Assembly: GCF_006345805.1 (NCBI RefSeq)
Contig: NC_042999.1
Span: 130,882,001-130,946,000 of the forward strand
DNA: 64,000 bases
Direction: 5' to 3'
Origin: Octopus sinensis
Lineage: Eukaryota
The notes beneath the pieces were generated by a model, which searched no databases, was not told the DNA's origin, and saw only the letters and a program-made list of their open reading frames with translations. Position numbers and translations under genes: made by a program. Positions within the stretch are counted from its first letter, which is position 1, and each line of letters begins with the position of its first letter. Shown piece after piece: positions 59,900-64,000 of this stretch.

Positions 59900-62800
59900 T
59901 GTATATATATCTTGTATTACAGTAGTTTGGTTTTAGCTTTTAGTCAAGTCACTAGAAAGGATAACAGAATGGGAAAAAAAAACAGGTTTCAAATTATTTT
60001 ATATAAATTCATTCCATGGTACTATGGCTGGCAACATGATATGGATAACTTTTGATTATATAACTGCAGCTTTGAGCCAGATACAAAATGGGGGGAAAAA
60101 AAGAATAACAATATCAATATATTAATATCATTGCAAAGTGCTTATAGAAAAGATGCAAATGGAATTTGAAATGAAAAACAAATTAAATAAATAACAACAA
60201 GACACAGAGTGTTTATAATTTTATAAAGTTTAAAACAAGAATTATGTTCAACTTAAAATTTCTATAGACAAAACTAGAAGTTATGCTGGAATTGTGAGAG
60301 GTAAAACAGTTTCTCCAACCACCATAAAGAAGTTATATTTATTTAAAAAATCTAGTTGATAAGTTACAGAACTTTACAACAGTTTACAAAGAACTGCTGC
60401 TAAACTTACTGTCCCTAAAAATGATACCTACAGGCTAATCAGTTATCAATAACACAAAACCTTACTATCACACAATTCTTATATTCTGATACATGTAGCA
60501 CCCTTTGAAGCAGTTGCATGTCTAGAAAGAATTCAAAGTTCTGAAATATAATAGACAAATTTCTCTAAATATTTAAAAGTAGAGCAGTTTTGTCATGAAA
60601 TCCTGAGAAACGTACCGTAACATTCTTGGATGCTAGAAACACTAGCTATTAAGAAACTTGACAAAATAATACAAAAAAAAAAACAAAAATGAAGAACAAC
60701 TTCAGTACAAAAGGGATGGAATTCTGAAATAAATAAATAGATAAATAAATAAAAAATCTAAGAACAAGGAGTACATGAGGTAGCATACAATATACACAAT
60801 ATAATACCATTAAAATTGTGTGTGCAGACACAAAAATATGTATATAAATTATATATAAGATATACATATATATACATACACACACACACACAATATACAT
60901 AATATAAATGCACAGATATATATGTATATATATGAAATATTATATATACATAGATCATACATATATAAACATATACATTATACACACACACATATATATA
61001 TATATATAAACATATTCATTTTATATTAAATTATCATAGTTTATACTTATATAGTCTAATATACAGAACCAACTATTAGCCACAGTACTTTTGCAAGCCA
61101 CCCTCTATACTGACTCCTTGTATATACAAGTAAATGTCTAGCAGTAAAATTAAGTTTTCCTTGATTTCACTATCTTTTTAATGACATGTATTGAAAATTA
61201 ATTTTGTACATCACAAGAATGTTTTTGACATCAGTGAGGTCTAGATCACACCTTAATCCACATGATGAAGCTACATTTTACACCGTGCATAGCCATTTAA
61301 ACAGTAGTGAATGTACAATCATGAGGGGAAAAAATATAAATACTGACAAAGAAATCTTTTTCTTTTATTAAAGAGATTATGGTTATCTTATACCTGTAGA
61401 CCTTTTGATAAGGCAGAAAGCCATTTCTCTTGTTGAAAAGGAGTACAAACAGAATAACATATAACTGGTACTTCATTTATCAACCTGCAATAACTAAAAA
61501 AAAAAAACACACACACACACACAAGAGTGTTGACCTCAGTATGATTTTAAAAACTGGGAGGAACGAAACATTATTTTAAAGCAAATCTGTCCAGTGCTCT
61601 ACTACTTAATAGTGCAACCTACTCTGTTTTCAAACAACATTGTTAAATTATTACTGGGTCATGTCACATACATCTACATAAACTACATCCATACCTTTCA
61701 GAAATGCAAGAAATTTTTTAAAAATTCTTTCAAGAAATAGCCATCACTACAATATAAAAGAACCAATGAAGCGCCAAGCTACTAGAGCCATTTCATCATA
61801 ATGTTAGGGAATCTAAAGAATTTGTCAATGATACACACTAGATAACCTTTAGGAGAAATAGCATTATACCATGCTATTATACTAACTTTAAACATATCTA
61901 GTGCAGGTCCGAAAGTAACTGAAAAAGTATCTTAAATATAATCAAGCTCCAAGAGCATCTCAAATAGCAAGAGTAGGGGGGGAAAATTTAGTTATAACTG
62001 AGAAGATACAAAAGTTGTAAAAGATCAGAGGTACTAACATGGACAAACAGGCTAAATTTTTGTCATGTAAACAAATATAGACAAATCTTGACAGTATGTA
62101 ATCACTACAATTTAATGAATCTAAGTTTGATGCCAATAATATACAAAAAATAATTTAGTTGTGACTCCATTTAGCCAATGATGGTTCCAAGTTCATATAC
62201 TAAAATAATACATTATAAATAACTAAGAGTTGGAGCAAAACATCTTAAGGAATTTACTGATTACATTTGCAAAAAGTAGTTCATAAATAGAATTCAAACA
62301 ATACCAGATTAGTCATTTTCAGATCAGTTTTTTTTCTCATTGCTAACAAAAGGCAAAAACACAGCTTTAAATCCATCATATTTCTGGTACTTATTTTGAG
62401 TTGGGAGAAATATAAGGCAAACTCAACTTCTGTTAAAATCTGAGTTAAGAATGTAAACATGAAATTAAACACTAAAGCAAGTGATCCCTAACCTGGAGTG
62501 CCCATAATCTAGGGGTGGGAAAGAGGGAAACATATGCTATTAAAATAATTACATTTCAGAATAAAATTATTGACTAACTCTTAAAAATAACTTTAGTTTA
62601 TGAAGTACATAAAAAACTTATTCTACAAACGTAGATTTAGCCCTTTTAGGGATTATAACCAAGAACTGACTTCTGTTCCATTTGCAACAGTATATTTACA
62701 TGATTCTGAATTTAGTTCTCTTTTGTCAATCATAACCAAATCTAGGAATGACTTGAATCCACAGGCAGACCTGAGGATTGCAATCAGCAAGAAAGTTCCA

Positions 62801-64000
62801 TGTTTTGATAAATTCATGAATAAGAAACAGGAATAAAGAAATCATTAATATCATGTTCACAACTATAATTGAAATTACAGTTTACTGTTCTAATTGCTTA
62901 ATTTACAAAATCAAAAGCTCGTGTTTTGAGTTTAATTTGATCACTCACAAGACTACATGGTGTTCAGTTAAAAAAGAAATAATAGTTACTACAACATTGA
63001 CTTTCAACTTCCAATATGTTACTTTTGTAGGCAATACGAAAATTAACCCTTTTACTGTGGAAAGCAGATATATCCACTCAAAATTTCATTAACATTAACT
63101 GTGGAAGGCAATTTTACAAACCAATCTACTGAGGAATGTCATGTTTGCTAAGGTAACTTGACTTGCAGAAAATACCAATTCTATTTTTGGTGGGTATTTA
63201 ACATCATAACTGGAATAACCATGAAATTTTATTTCACAGTGAAAGGGTTAAACATTTTCTCAGGTTATGGGGTAATAGAAAGGTTGAGAACCACTGCCAT
63301 GAAGTATTTAGTACTCTAGTATTTTATCTTATATTCACATAAAACACTTGCAAAATCAATAAAAGAAACGTTAGAAAAAAAATAATTACAGAACATGAAA
63401 ATAGAACAGTGAAATACAGTAAACATAGCAACTTAATGAAAACATTCTCCGGGTATTAATTTGTCGAAAATACAAATTTTTTTCAAACAAAACTTTATTC
63501 TTTGAAGTTTGCAACACTTAGGTATCTTATAGCATTATAGGTTAATACATTTAATATTTACCAACATAGATTTTGAGATAACAGCTTAAAAAAAAAAGTT
63601 TGGAGAACAATTAGCTGAAGAGAGACCTAACATCTACATAATCTTGCTCAGGTATTTATTTTTCAATAACGAAAATAATAAATTTATCAAGAACGTTTAC
63701 CATCAATGCAACTTAAATGTAACTTACACAATTTTGATTACAGTTTCATGGTTATTACAGAAACAATAAGACTTGGGACAGTAACATTGTAGAGAACAGA
63801 GGGCCAATGAAAGCCAATGGTTTCGAGTTCAATCCTGGCTCAAGTATATAAGATTATGTATGGCAGGTGACGACATGAAGTGAATATACTGAGCAAAATA
63901 CAGTGTGAATAAAATTACACAGAATGAAGACTAGTCAATCTTGAGTATTCAGCACACAGAAATACAGCTAATATTCAGGCACTCATAAGATGTGTTTCAG
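59900..64000 (-). other. Largely repeat-poor region, A-rich on plus strand (intron or long 3' UTR of a minus-strand transcript)
   Basis: Qualitative T-rich skew on the minus strand; no protein-like ORF. Confidence 0.35.
63043..63251. mobile_element. piggyBac-type MITE with TTAA TSD
   Basis: TTAA-cccttttactgtg ... cacagtgaaaggg-TTAA (12/13 TIR match). Confidence 0.85.

Overview
AT-rich, repeat-dense animal genomic DNA. The repeat families most resemble an octopus/coleoid cephalopod genome; this is inferred from recalled repeat families, not searched. No intact protein-coding gene is visible, and nearly all long ORFs are decayed transposon proteins or microsatellite artefacts. Contents: L1/Tx1, R4/Dong-like (RLE), RTE and CR1/L2 LINE relics; several tRNA-headed SINE families; mariner, Tc1, Helitron and piggyBac-type MITE relics; and a CpG-decayed 5S rRNA pseudogene. 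Weak hints of a host gene are a CpG-rich patch with a strong donor near 6.4 kb and small candidate exons, mostly on the minus strand. The most notable signal is a short retroelement made of a tRNA-like Pol III head, an (AAT)n spacer and a minimal type I hammerhead-ribozyme motif. It occurs at 17.8-18.1 kb and as an inverted pair at 32.7-33.3 kb. Both insertions have target-site duplications and an inverted, head-to-head duplicate of their own 5' end, reminiscent of Penelope-like elements. A second, unrelated hammerhead-like family forms a 220-bp palindrome at 42.8-43.0 kb. All coordinates were read by eye, and boundaries of degraded repeats are approximate.
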